From: Octopus sinensis
Taxonomy: Eukaryota
DNA length: 64,000 bases
Direction of reading: 5' to 3'
Assembly (NCBI RefSeq): GCF_006345805.1
Contig: NC_043002.1
Location: 42,036,001-42,100,000, forward strand
Shown piece after piece: positions 51,114 through 64,000 of this stretch; position 1 is the first letter of the stretch, and every line of letters starts with the position of its first letter. The notes below the pieces were generated by a model. The model made no database searches. It saw only the letters and a list, made by a program, of their open reading frames with translations, and was not told the DNA's origin. The position numbers and the translations under genes are program-made.

Positions 51114-53517
51114 GCCGAATTTCTGGCTCGCATCGCTCCCATGCGCACACGGTAAGCTAGTTCAGCTGCTCAATGGAATTATGAGAGACCCAAAGAAAAC
51201 ACCTGAATGGTTAGCAAGTGGCATTACTTAACTACTCCCAAAGAATAACGAAACCAACCTTCCAAAAAACTATCGGCCTATAACCTGTCTATCCACCACG
51301 TATAAAATCCTAACATCTATCCTGGCGGAGAAAACATATGCATTCATGGAGAAGAACGATATTTTCCCCATTGAACAAAAAGGGTGCCGCCGAGGCTCTT
51401 ACGGATGCAAAGATCAACTGCTAATCAATCGTATGATCCTTGAGAACTGTCACAACAAGCGCAGAAATCTCAGCACCGCATGGATTGACTATAAAAAGGC
51501 CTTCGACAGTATACTGCATCCATGGATCTTGAGATCACTGGACATCTTCAAAATTTCCCCTGTGATTTCAAGCTTCCTGAAGCACAATATGTCGTTGTGG
51601 AATACAAATCTCCAATTATACCACTCTAATGGAGTACTTGCCTCAGAAAATAAAACATCAACTGTGGAATTTTTCAAGGTGACTCACTTTCACCTTTAAT
51701 ATTCTGCATAGCCCTAATACCCCTTACAAGTGAATTAAACAGAACAGGGTATGGGTATACAATTGCCAATAAAAAAATAAGCCATCTATTTTATATAGAT
51801 GACTTAAAACTTTATGGTAAAGACAATAATGAACTTGAAGGCCTATTGCGCACCGTGGAAGCATTCAGCGATGACATCGGGATGGAGTTTGGACTTGAGA
51901 AGTGTGCCAATGCCACTTTCCAGAAAGGGAAAGTGAAGACCACAAATTCAGTCGTGTTAGATGTTGACACAGTCATAAGAGAGCTTGAGCAAGAACAAAC
52001 ATACAAATATTTAGGGATAAATGAAGGCTCTGGTATTTAGCATGCAAGCATGAAAGAGAAAATCAGGAAGGAATGTTATAGGAGAGTTCGTGCAGTCCTG
52101 AAATCTGAACTAAATGCACGTAACAAGGTGTTAGCTATAAATTCCTTAGCAGTTCCAGTTGTTACTTATAGCTACAATGTGTTGAACTGGAATATGAGTG
52201 AAGTAAAGAATATAGATAGAAAAATACGCAAGCTGCTGAGTTGTAATAGGATGCACCACCCAAAGGCAGACGTAGATCGCCTTACCTTCCCAGAGCCCAA
52301 GGAGGTCGAGGCCTGATCCAATTTGAACTAGCTTACAAAACAACCACAATTGGACTGGCCAAATATCTCGAAATATCGAATGACTGGATGCTAAAGCTCG
52401 TGGAAAATCACGAGAGACGAAAGAAGCTTCATTCTATCATAAGGAAAGCAAAAAATTTGCTATTGATCTCGTGCAGGATACCCAAACTGAACAACCCGAG
52501 GGAAGTACGGCAACTATTGTTGCAAAGAAGGTGAAAATGATGGCAATGAAAAAAGCGCACGAGCAATTGGCTGATAGGTGGGAGGAGAAACCTCTGCACG
52601 GCAAATATGTGACCCGCAGCAAACAAGCTGATGTTGACCAGAAGCAAACCCATCAGTGGCTACGGAGCTCAGGGCTAAAAGCAGAGAGCGAAGGTTTCAT
52701 CCTGGCTGCTCAAGATCAAAGCCTATTAACCCGGAACTACCAGGCCAATGTGATGAAAAATGGAGCAGACCCAAAATGCCGATTCTGCAACGACATGATT
52801 GAAACAGTGGACCACCTAATCTCTGGATGTAAAGTCTTAGCACCAGTGGAGTATAAATTAAGACATGACAGAGTTGGCCAATATCTCCACTGGCTAATAA
52901 GTCGGCATTACAATATCAAAACTGCCGACAAGTGGTATAATCACCACCCTGAGGCTGTAACTGAAGGAGAAAATGTAACCATTCTGTGGGACTTTCCAGT
53001 ACATACAGACCGAACCATCAAGGCCAATAAACCAGATATTGTTGTGAAAGACCAAAACAATAAAGTTTGCTTATTGATCGACATGAGCATCCCCTGTGAT
53101 CATAATATCTCAGCGAAAGAGTTTGACAAGCTCAGAAAATATAAAGACCTACTCATTGAAATTGAGAAAATATGGCATCTCAAGGCGGTTACAATACCAG
53201 TGATCGTAGGAGCACTAGGAATGATCAAGAAGGGAGCCGAAAATTATATGAGAATGATCCCTGGCTTACCATCCCTGCAAGAAGTGCAAAAGATTGTCTT
53301 AGCTGGTACATCACACGTATTGAGAAGAGCATTGTCGATGTGAGAACTGTTGCTGCTCATGTATTTTAATTTAACTTAAAAAAAAAATTTTTTAAATGAA
53401 CGAACTACTGAGTTTGGTTTAATGGCCTACCAATGAATACTATGAGTTTCTTTGCCCTAGGAGTCGGGAAGACACTCGGCAAGAAATGGAAGCAAATTTG
53501 AAAGAAGAAAAAAAAAG
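51114..53517 (+). mobile_element. R4/Dong-like LINE, 5'-truncated, RT plus CCHC plus RLE, inactivated by stops and frameshifts
   Basis: KNYRPITCLSTTYKILTS, EQKGCRRGSYGCKDQLLI, AWIDYKKAFDS, FYIDDLKLY, CRFCNDMIETVDHLISGC, ANKPDIVV, LIDMSIP, EKLRKYKDL-type motif, PVIVGALG. Stop at 53341-53343, hairpin-containing 3'UTR, TAA arrays on both flanks. Confidence 0.95.
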
Positions 53518-53534
53518 TAATAATAATAATAATA

Positions 53535-53585
<51 letters not shown>

Positions 53586-53596
53586 GTGATGATGAT
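53518..53596. repeat. (TAA)6 grading into (TGA)n
   Basis: Direct inspection. Confidence 0.95.
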
Positions 53597-54410
53597 TTCT
53601 TTATTAACTACAAGGGTTTACACTAAGCAAAACATTATGGACAGCACAGGACAAAACAAAGAATGTGTGTATGTGTGTAAGTGTGTCGTGAGGGTTTTGC
53701 GTGTAAAGAAGACTAACAAAATATTAAAAATTCAACAATGTGTGATCCTCAACAGGGAGGAGACATTCCAGGACTGCTCATGAATCTCCCACCCCCCTCG
53801 AAAAACCATGGGTATGCTGACTTTTGTGGCAGTAATAATAAAGAAAGCAAATTCGACACCGGGCAGAGCATAAGTTTAGAATCACGAGGGCAACTGGATC
53901 TGGCAAAATATTTCCGTAGCCTGAATGTTGAGCATTGAGGGCTTATCTGAAAATATGAATAGAATTCAAAAAATGTCAACAGACACGCGTGCGCACTTGC
54001 GAAGAATTACACATATATGTGGTCATTGCGTATAGATGCGTTTGTATCTGTGTATGAATGTGTGCGTATAGAAATTGTTATCGTTTTATGTTTTTAATTT
54101 CTTACACATCGAAAAAAAAGCTTGTTTCCAAAACTAGAAATAAGGTTCTTTTCATTGGAATCTAGAGAGCAGCTTAGTCGCATGTATGTATGTACCAACG
54201 CACGTATATTCGTGTGTCTAAACTTGTATATCATTGCATATGTGACCTGTATTTTTTGTTTTTATGTATATAAACACAGGCGTATATTTTGTAAGTCTCT
54301 TGCCCTCTCTCTTTCATTTTCTCTCTCCCCCTCTCACTATATATGTATATATATCTATATACACACGTATACATACAAATATATATATATATATACCCAC
54401 ATATATATGC

Positions 54411-54444
<34 letters not shown>

Positions 54445-54585
54445 ACATATATATACACATATACATAGATATATATACATATATATTTACATACTTATAT
54501 ATGCATATATAATCACACATATATATACATATCCACACATATATATATATATACATATATACATACATATACACACATATATATG

Positions 54586-54617
<32 letters not shown>

Positions 54618-54671
54618 TGTATTATATATATATATATATATATATAATGTGTGTATATATATATATATCAG

Positions 54672-54790
54672 CCGAAATTACTACGATGATCCGGTTCTTG
54701 ACTGAAGACTGAGGGTTTCGAATGTCCTGTCCGTGTTTATTGTATCGTCGTCTTCTAAGAGTTATACGTTCTTGTCCATGTTGTATTTTT
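54672..54790 (+). mobile_element. Short dispersed repeat (related copy on the minus strand at about 60305-60435)
   Basis: Shared actga(a/g)ga...ttcgaatg(t/a)cc(t/c)gtc...ttgtatcg...cgttcttgtcc. Confidence 0.5.
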
Positions 54791-54830
54791 CTACATACCT
54801 TCATATATATATATATATATATATATGCAT

Positions 54831-55002
54831 AGGCGCAGGAGTAGCTGTGTGGTAGTAGCTTGCTAACCAACCACATGGTTCCGGGTTCAGTCCCACTGCG
54901 TGGCATCTTGGGCAAGTGTCTTCTGCTATAGCCCCGGGCCGACCAAACCCTTGTGAGGAGTGGATTTGGTAACAGAAACTGAAAGAACCTGTCGTATATA
55001 TG

Positions 55003-55071
<69 letters not shown>

Positions 55072-55299
55072 GTTTGTGTGTTCTGTGTTTGTCCCCCCCT
55101 AGCTTTGCTTGACAACCGATGCTGGTGTGTTTATGTCCCCGTCACTTAGCGGTTCGGCAAAAAAAGAGACCGATAGAATAAGTACTGGGCTTACAAAGAA
55201 TAAGTCCCGGGGTCGATTTTCCCGACTAAAGGCGGTGCTCCAACATGGCCGCAGTCAAATGACTGAAACAAGTAAGAGTAAAGAGTAAGAGTAAGAGTA
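54831..55299 (+). mobile_element. SINE-A, full length, young
   Basis: Complete head, expanded internal TA tract, (AAGAGT)n tail. Confidence 0.95.
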
Positions 55300-55451
55300 T
55301 ATATATATATTGTAAACAAACATACAAGCGCCGAGTGTGTCGGTATTCTTCAGAAAATAAAGGAATTCTCGAACGCAGGATGGATGTGGTCAGATTTTCT
55401 AAGCTGTCTTCACAGTCATCTTGGTTCGAGAATTCCTTTAGTTTCTATAGA

Positions 55452-55507
<56 letters not shown>

Positions 55508-55974
55508 TTGTGTGTGTGTGTGTGTGCGTGTGTGCGCGTATGTGTCTACTGCAGGTTACACTTCTGAAAATGACTTGTACTTTCAATTTCTTAACTAGTC
55601 CTGCCTTTTCCGGTTTTGTAAAGTCCAGTTCTTGTGTTGGTTGACTTTACAAAACAGTTACATATCTTAAGAGCCCAAATATTCATTGGTATAAATTCAA
55701 AGTTATAATCTGGAGTGTAGCATCTGAAGATTTCACATTAATATGACATAGATCAATACTTCTCAAACTATCTGATGTGGCGTACCGGGAGTTTTTTTCC
55801 TCCAATGTACCAGGTAATATTTCTTAGTAATATTAATTTATACGGGAAACAATATATATAATGAATATAATAAAAGTTGACAATTTTTTTTTATCTTATA
55901 TTTATTTTGTAAACAAATAGTACAATATTACAAAAGCATTTTATGAGCATTTTATGATGTTTCTGTCTGTGTGT

Positions 55975-56230
55975 GCGCGTGTGCGTGTGTGTGTGTATGT
56001 ATATATGTTTGTGTGTCTGTGTTTGTGCCCCCAATATCGCTTGATAACCGATGCTGGTGTGTGTACGTCCCCGCAACTTAGCAGTTCGGCAAAGAAGGCC
56101 GATAGAATATGTACTAGGCTTACAAAGAATAAGTCCTAGGTCGATTTATTCGACTAAAGGTGGTGTTGCAGCATGGCCGCAGTCAAATGATTGAAACAAG
56201 TAAAAGAATAAGAGAATAAAAGAATAAAGC
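55975..56230 (+). mobile_element. SINE-A 3' half
   Basis: Starts in the internal TG tract and ends at gtcaaatgattgaaacaagtaaaagaat. Confidence 0.88.
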
Positions 56231-56908
56231 AAACGCCCCAAAACAGCAATTACAAAGAAATTGAGTCTGTGACATGGTCGTAATTGCGCAACGAAAATTT
56301 TGATACTTCAAGGGAAAAAAAGTGAAAAGGGGAATGAATAACTTTCTGTGTGTTTTCAGACGACTAAAATGGCTCTTTCACAATATAATTGCTTCATATT
56401 CAACACGCGGTCTCAGTTCAAGTCTGTCGCTAGATGAGTACAATTCCGTAAAAATCTTTAAAACAATATAGAAAAACTTCTTCGTAAACATGTTTTTTTA
56501 TATTCAGAACATCATTCCCAGACACGGCTGGATCTTTGAAAAAGAAACAAGCGAATGAAACAAATAAGCAATTAACTCCTTGTACGACCTCAGGATGATA
56601 ACAAAAAAAGTTGCCTGGCTTATACTGAATATAATCTTCAAAAACCGATTGACGAGGAACTATTTCTGAAATAATTCGCATTGATAAAAAGAATCGAATC
56701 TAATTCTATTGCTATCTTCTGTTATACATCTGAATCACTTGCAATAAAGTCTCAGACCAAGCCACTAAAACGGCAAGATGGCTCAAATACCAATGATACC
56801 CAGGGATATACCATCTGTTATGTATTTATCTCCACCTCTCCCCTTTTCCTCTCTCTTCCTTCGTCTCTCTGTCTCTCTATCTCTCCATCTCTCTCTCTCT
56901 TTCTCCCC

Positions 56909-56967
<59 letters not shown>

Positions 56968-57054
56968 GTGTGTGTTGTGTGAGTGTGTGCGTGTGTATTT
57001 ATACATATATACATACACAGAGATAAATACGCACACACATACCTACTCTCCCCC

Positions 57055-57091
<37 letters not shown>

Positions 57092-57136
57092 TACACACAC
57101 ACATGCAATATCTTATATTATATATATGAGGAAAGG

Positions 57137-57343
57137 CGATGAGCTGACAATAATTATTACGCCGTATAAACTGCTTAGCAGCATTTCGTCCGTCTTTACG
57201 TACTGAGTTCAAATTTCGCCTATATCGACTTTCCCTTTCATCGTTTCGGGGTTGATGAAATAAGTACCAGTTGAGCACTGGGGTTGGTGTAATCGACTAG
57301 CTCTCTTCTCCAAATTTCAGGCCTTTAGCCTATAGTAGAAAGA
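57137..57343 (+). mobile_element. SINE-B
   Basis: ggcgatgagctgac head, gagttcaaatt B-box, body and tail. Confidence 0.85.
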
Positions 57344-57449
57344 ATATATTATATATATATGAGTATATATATTCTTAAATGAATTATCTATTAACCACAA
57401 AGCGATTCACTTCAGCATTATTAGTAATACAAATAGCTCGTTCACTCAC

Positions 57450-57537
57450 ACGAACATTACCAAAAGAATACTGTAGACTCTATTAATCTCTTTTAATTCT
57501 AGTTCTGTTCTGAGACTGGATGATTTACTAGCCATCA
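57450..57537 (-). CDS. Tentative 88-nt exon (V)MASKSSSLRTELELKEINRVYSILLVMF, in frame with the microexon
   Basis: Acceptor ttcttttataattttcag, donor gtgagt. 90-nt GT-AG intron to the microexon. Only one joined frame is open. Confidence 0.4.
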
Positions 57538-57627
57538 CTGAAAATTATAAAAGAACAGTCAAATAGGACCTTTGTAAATTATTTATCGAAGTTGAAGGAA
57601 CATTTCCAGGTTGGTTGAATGACTCAC

Positions 57628-57640
57628 CCATCCACCAGTC
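57628..57640 (-). CDS. Tentative 13-nt microexon (DWWM + G)
   Basis: Acceptor tttttttctcttttag, exon gactggtggatgg, donor gtgagt. Confidence 0.4.
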
Positions 57641-58771
57641 CTAAAAGAGAAAAAAAGCACAAGTGGATAATAATAGACCTGTATCTATCACTTAACGTTT
57701 AACAAAGTAGTGGAACGAATATTCAATGCAAGAATTTAACAAGGATTTTATATTGGACAAAGTTGTTTAACACAGTTCCTTCTTCAACATCGGATATTGA
57801 TGAGACGCTGAAGTCTCTTTTGACAAGAGTAAACACAAAACCAAAGCTTTTGACGTGTCAATGACTAAGTTCATAGAATCCATTAGGATTAGATATCACC
57901 GTCTGAGAGACTTTGATGCCTCATGACAATCAGGCAATTCGTTTACCATTTACGAAACCAGACACAGATAACCAGTTGCAGATAATTGTATTCTATCTAC
58001 AAAATCTCTTGCAGTCAGTGTAGATTCACAAAGTACTATTCTCAGACGCTTATATTCTACTTCAAGTTGATAATCATTTGCGGAAAAATTAAAGTCCGCC
58101 AGAACCCACAGTCAAACATACGATATTCAAGTGTCACGTGAAGTAGGTATATAAAATGTTAAGCCAAAACTACTGCAAATCTGATGGCAGGATGATACTT
58201 ATATGAAGTTTATTCCAACAAAGTTTCCGTGCTTTGTGATACGGACAGAAGTAAACAACGGAAAATATTAACCAGTCCCAGACAAAAAACCAGTTCCAAT
58301 CTTTGATATCACAATGTTCCGTAATGTCTGATATTTATGCGTTGTCATCTTTCAGGCTGGGTCGTGAGAGCATTCTCTACTAGGCAGCTAGCAGCAGTCA
58401 TGCTGACATTAGGGAGAGTATTGGTTCTCAACCATAGAGAATCATACTGCACACGGCTCCTTTCCACCAAATAGCCCTGCGTAAGTAAACATATTGGCTG
58501 ACTGGTTTGAGCTATGACAAAAATTATTGACAGTCAAAAATAGGAAAAAAAAAACCCCACTTGGAATTAATCTAAACGCTGAAACTCAAATTCATAAAAT
58601 GTAGAAGAGAAATATGGAAAGAGAGGGAGAAAAAAATGAGACAGACAGAGAAGGAGAGAAAGAGGGGGAGAAAGAGGGAGAGAGAAGGAGAGAGAGAGGG
58701 GGGAGAAAGTGGGAGAGAAAGAGAGGAAGAAAAAAGCAGAAAGACATAGATAGAGAGTAACGTTTATATTT

Positions 58772-59177
58772 TTTTTTACTTGTTTCAGTCATTTGACTGC
58801 GGCCATGCTGGAGCACCGCCTTTAGTCGAGCAAATCGACCCCAGGACTTATTCTTTGTAAGCCCACTACTTATTTTATTCTATCGGTCTCTTTTGCCGAA
58901 CCGCTAAGTGACGGGGACGTAAACACACCAGCATCGGTTGTCAAGCGATGTTGGGGGGACAAACACAGACACACAAACGTATACACACACACATATATAT
59001 ATATACATATATACGACGGGCTTCTTTCAGTTTCCGTCTACCAAATCCACTCACAAGGCTTTGGTCGACCCGTGGCTATAGTAGAAGGCACTTGCTCAAA
59101 GTGCCACGCAGTGGGACTGAACCCGGAACCATGTGGTTGGTAAGCAAGCTACTTACCACACAGCCACTCCTACGCCT
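58772..59177 (-). mobile_element. SINE-A, full length, young
   Basis: Reverse complement of the 32333-32746 type. Confidence 0.95.
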
Positions 59178-60092
59178 ATGTGAAACATTCTCTGTGGTAA
59201 TGCATTAAATTTCTGAGCTGAATAAAAATAATAACCAAGAAGATCCTGCATACTGCAGTACTACCCCATCCTACCAATACACACATACATATGTGTGTGC
59301 GTGTGTGTGTTTGTAAGAGAGAGAGAGAGAGAGAGAGAAAGGAGAGAGAGAGCCTAAATCAAGAACCTGCTCACCAGAGACCCGCTCCTGGTAATCATAT
59401 AACCTAGTGCAACCCATATTGCATGATCTAGCCGACGGCAGTTAAACCGGCAACCTTAGCAAGCCTGCATGTTGAGGAGGGTAATTTTGGAACGGCCTGC
59501 GGGATGGAAAACAAAACCTGTCGAAGGGTGAATAAACTCAGGAAAGTTAAGGCCATCCAATGCCGTATGCATGTATGTATGTATGTATGTATGTATGTAT
59601 GTATGTATGTATGTATGTATGTATATGTATGTATGTATGTATGTATGACTGAGTGTATGAATGTGTGTGTGTATGTGTGTGTGTTTGTGCGTGCATGTAT
59701 AAGTAAATTTATGTATATTTGTCCGTTGCTGTGTTTATACTAAAAACCGGTGTTGTATATGTTGCGTTCCTTTATGCAGTGTATGCTCGTAAACTAGCAA
59801 AAAAATAATTACAAGACAAGAAATAAATACCGAGTTTGATTTATTCAACTAAATCTCTTAAAGACAATATTACATCAGGATCAGAGCACAACGACTGAAA
59901 CCTTGAAACCTGTGAAAAGGAAAAAAGCTAGCTAGATAGATAGATTAATTAGATAGATGAACAGGTAAGTTGATGGCTAAATAGAAGGATAGATAGATGT
60001 GCAAAGATAGGTAGATAATTGTGTAGAGACTGATTTATCCGATAAGCTATAAATATAGTAAATTTAGGTAGACGCGCGCACACACACACACC

Positions 60093-60094
<2 letters not shown>

Positions 60095-60164
<70 letters not shown>

Positions 60165-60193
60165 TCCCTCTCACTCTCTTTCTCTATCTATCT

Positions 60194-60264
<71 letters not shown>

Positions 60265-60271
60265 GTCTATT

Positions 60272-60305
<34 letters not shown>

Positions 60306-60480
60306 CAACATACAAAATGGGACAAGAACGCAAATCATCCGGACAACTAGATGATACAAAAAGGGACAACAAAACATCCAGATAAACGATACAAAAAACA
60401 ATGACGGGTCATTCGAAGCTTTTTATCCTCAGTCTCTCTCTTCCTATATATATGTATATATGTATATATATTATATATGC

Positions 60481-60550
<70 letters not shown>

Positions 60551-60650
60551 AGAGAGGGAGAGAGAGAGAGAGAGTGAGAGAGAGAGTGAAAAAGAGACAG
60601 AGAGCGAAAAAGAGACAGAGAGCGAGAAAGAGAGAGAGAGAGAGAGTGTG
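60095..60650. repeat. (TTTC)n, (TATC)n, (TA)n and (AG)n tracts
   Basis: Direct inspection. Confidence 0.9.
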
Positions 60651-60661
60651 TGTGAGGTGGG

Positions 60662-60893
60662 GTGAAGGCACATGGCTCAGTGATTTGAGCCTCGGGCTCA
60701 CAGACATGAGGTGGTGAGTTCAATTGCCAGGCTGGATTGTGTGTTGTGTTCTTGAGCAAGACACTTTATTTCACGTTGGTCCTGTTCACTCAGCTGTAGG
60801 AATGAGTTGCGATATCACTGGTGCCAAGCTGTATCGGCTTTTGCCTTTCCCTTGCATAGCACCGGTGGCATGGAGAGGAGAGGTTGGTATGCA
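60662..60893 (+). mobile_element. SINE-D (tRNA plus CORE, 3' region distinct from SINE-C)
   Basis: gaaggcacatggctcagtg head, ttcttgagcaagacactttatttcacgttg...cactcagctgtaggaatgag CORE-like segment. Confidence 0.78.
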
Positions 60894-61059
60894 AAGGCGA
60901 ATTTTTTGTTTCCGCGGGAGCTCCGTACCCCAGTTATGAACTCATTTGCGTACAGCCAATAAGAGCTCAACTATCAAACCAGTATCCACCTAGTCACGAA
61001 AATACTCTGGTTGACTTCAGTGGAAAATGTGCGTTATAGCAAAATCTAACGGGTTAATA

Positions 61060-62216
61060 GGGTGTCCTTGCTCCTACATTATTTGGCGTCTTCTTCTCGC
61101 TGCTGCTGTCACATGCCTTTGTGACATCAGATGATGGAGTGTTTCTGCACAGTAGAAGTGATGGGAAACTGTTCAATCTCTCGCGTCTGCGTGCCAAGGC
61201 CAAAATCAGAAGCGTCCCGATCAAGGAGATGCTATTTGCTGATGATGCCGCTCTGGTATCACCAACTGTTTTGAGCAAGCATGTGGAAACTTTGGCTTAT
61301 TTATCAGCCTCAAGAAGACCAACATCATGGGTCAGGCTACATCGATCATCCCAAACATGCATATTGGAGAACACAGACTACAGGAGGTGGAGAAGTTTAC
61401 CTATCTTAGCTCTACCGTCACCTACAACCTATCCATTGATACGCATTGGCAAGGCAGCTGCTGTGATGGCCCAACTCTCCAAACGGGCATGGGAGAACGA
61501 TAAGCTGACCAAGACCACAAAAATGAAGATTTACCAGGCATGTGTACTTAGCCCTCTACTGTATGGAAGTGAGACTTGGACGCCATACACCCGCCATACG
61601 ACGCCATACGTCGCCTAAATATCTTTCACCTGCGCTGCCTCCGGAAAATCCTTCGCATCAAATGGCAGAATCATGTCCCCAACAAAGATGTCCTCAAGCA
61701 AGCAGGAATACCAAGCATGTTTACACTCCTCACACAAAGACGTATGAGATGGCTTCGACATGTTAGCCGTATGGAAGATGGCAGAATCCCCAAGGACATA
61801 CTCAACGGAGAGCTTGCTAGGGGCACTAGGTCTGTGGGAAGACCGTTCTTACGATAGAAGGATGTTTGCAAAAGGGACATGAATGCCTGCAACATCAATA
61901 TTACCAACAGGGAAGCAGTTGCCAGCAACCATGGAGATTGGCGACGTACCGTAAAAGAGGGAACATAAAGGAGTGACATAGAGGGAGAGGAGAAATGGAA
62001 AGACAAGAAAAGGCGTCAACAAGAAAGTATGACGTTACAACCAGCCAGGCAAAGTCTTCGCTACATTTGCGGCACCTGCCAGAGGGGTGGTTGTCTAGGA
62101 TAGGACTACACAACCACAGCAGGAGATGTATAAGGACATGAAATGTAAAAGCCGGACTAGATTATTTTATGCACAACTCCATTGTCTCCCGAGACAAAAA
62201 GGATGCCAACAACAAT
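61060..62216 (+). mobile_element. RTE-clade LINE (BovB-like), 5'-truncated, decayed RT
   Basis: GVLAPTLFGVFFSLLL, DGKLFNLSRLRAKAKIR...LFADDAALV, IYQACVLSPLLYGSETWT, RRMRWLRHVSRMEDGRIPKDILNGEL. 3' end ccattgtctcccgagac..aggatgcc plus (AAC)n. Confidence 0.92.
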
Positions 62217-62420
62217 AAATATGGATTTCGTAGACAGGGACTGAAACAAACCAATCGTATATATATGTATATATGTAAGTGTATGTGGTGTGTGTCTTTG
62301 TGTCTGTGTTTCGCCCTCATCACTGCTTCACAACTGCTGTTCATTTATTTACATCCACAAAACTTACTGGTTTCACAAGAACAAACTAATAGAATAAGTA
62401 CTAGGCTTATCAACATAAAA
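62217..62420 (+). mobile_element. SINE-A remnant, old
   Basis: ggattt.gtagac..gactgaa...cgtatatat...aatagaataagtactaggctt. Confidence 0.6.
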
Positions 62421-62495
62421 AAGCACTATATTTTTGTTTGCCCACTCAGTTGTATCTATCAATTTATCTTTGTGTGTGTGTGTGTATCTATATCT

Positions 62496-63653
<1,158 letters not shown>

Positions 63654-64000
63654 TATGTAATAAAAAGCAGGAAACATGTTTTCTCTATTTTATTAATATT
63701 ATTGCGTGGCTCGTATTCCGCAAACCAGCCTATTCCTGGGTTTGGTGTCCCCACGTAGTACCACACTGGATATAGGAGTGAAGGACTTGGTTTCGAGTTG
63801 CGCTTTACACCGCATATGTGCGTGTGCAAGTGTGTGTGCGTGTGTGTGTTTGTGTGTGCATGTGTGTGTGCGCACACATACATATATCAAGAGAAAAGAG
63901 AGAAATAGATAGGTAAATATTTAAGTAGGTGAAGAGATGATAAGTATAGAAAAACAGACAGACAGATAGGTAGATACATAAACAGACAGGCATATTTTGC

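Noticed and set aside
53535-53783. Poly-Met ORF
   Set aside because: Translation of the (TGA/ATG)n tract.
56430-56681. 83-aa minus ORF with an acceptor-like site near 56670
   Set aside because: No convincing donor, the phase does not match the 57450 exon, and no recognisable motif.
59350-59565. Possible RTE 5'UTR fragment
   Set aside because: Impression only. No second copy or ORF in the window to support it.
59958-59970. Perfect cag|gtaagt donor
   Set aside because: Embedded in degenerate GATA repeats with no open upstream exon.

Overview
AT-rich, microsatellite-dense eukaryotic DNA. The SINE families and repeat landscape point to an octopus (coleoid cephalopod) genome; this is inferred from recognition, not from a search. 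I see no complete host protein-coding gene, so the window looks intronic or intergenic, with a few tentative small exons (best: a 13-nt plus 88-nt in-frame pair at 57450-57640, minus strand). Nearly all long ORFs in the track are artefacts of (TA)n, (TG)n, (AG)n, (TACA)n or (GAA)n tracts, or of SINEs. Recognisable coding sequence is decayed transposon: CR1-group LINE 3' end (1-595), three R4/Dong-like RLE LINEs (13.7, 14.6-15.3, 51.1-53.5 kb), two other RLE LINE ends (20.5, 28.3-29.0 kb), an RTE LINE (61.1-62.2 kb) and a piggyBac transposase remnant (35.8-36.4 kb). Non-coding mobile elements include five tRNA-derived SINE families (my labels A-E), non-autonomous Helitrons, Helentron-type HINEs, hAT, mariner and foldback MITEs, and Penelope-like remnants. 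Best leads: a chain of retroelements nested in (TAA)n arrays with a candidate non-autonomous partner that reiterates its 5' junction; SINE-B inserting into itself at a fixed site; a shared LINE/SINE 3' end; an exact head-to-tail junction of two Helitron families; a minimal hammerhead-like motif; and a near-perfect 180-bp palindrome. Boundaries were read by eye and may be off by several bases. Some indels in repeats and ORFs could be assembly errors.
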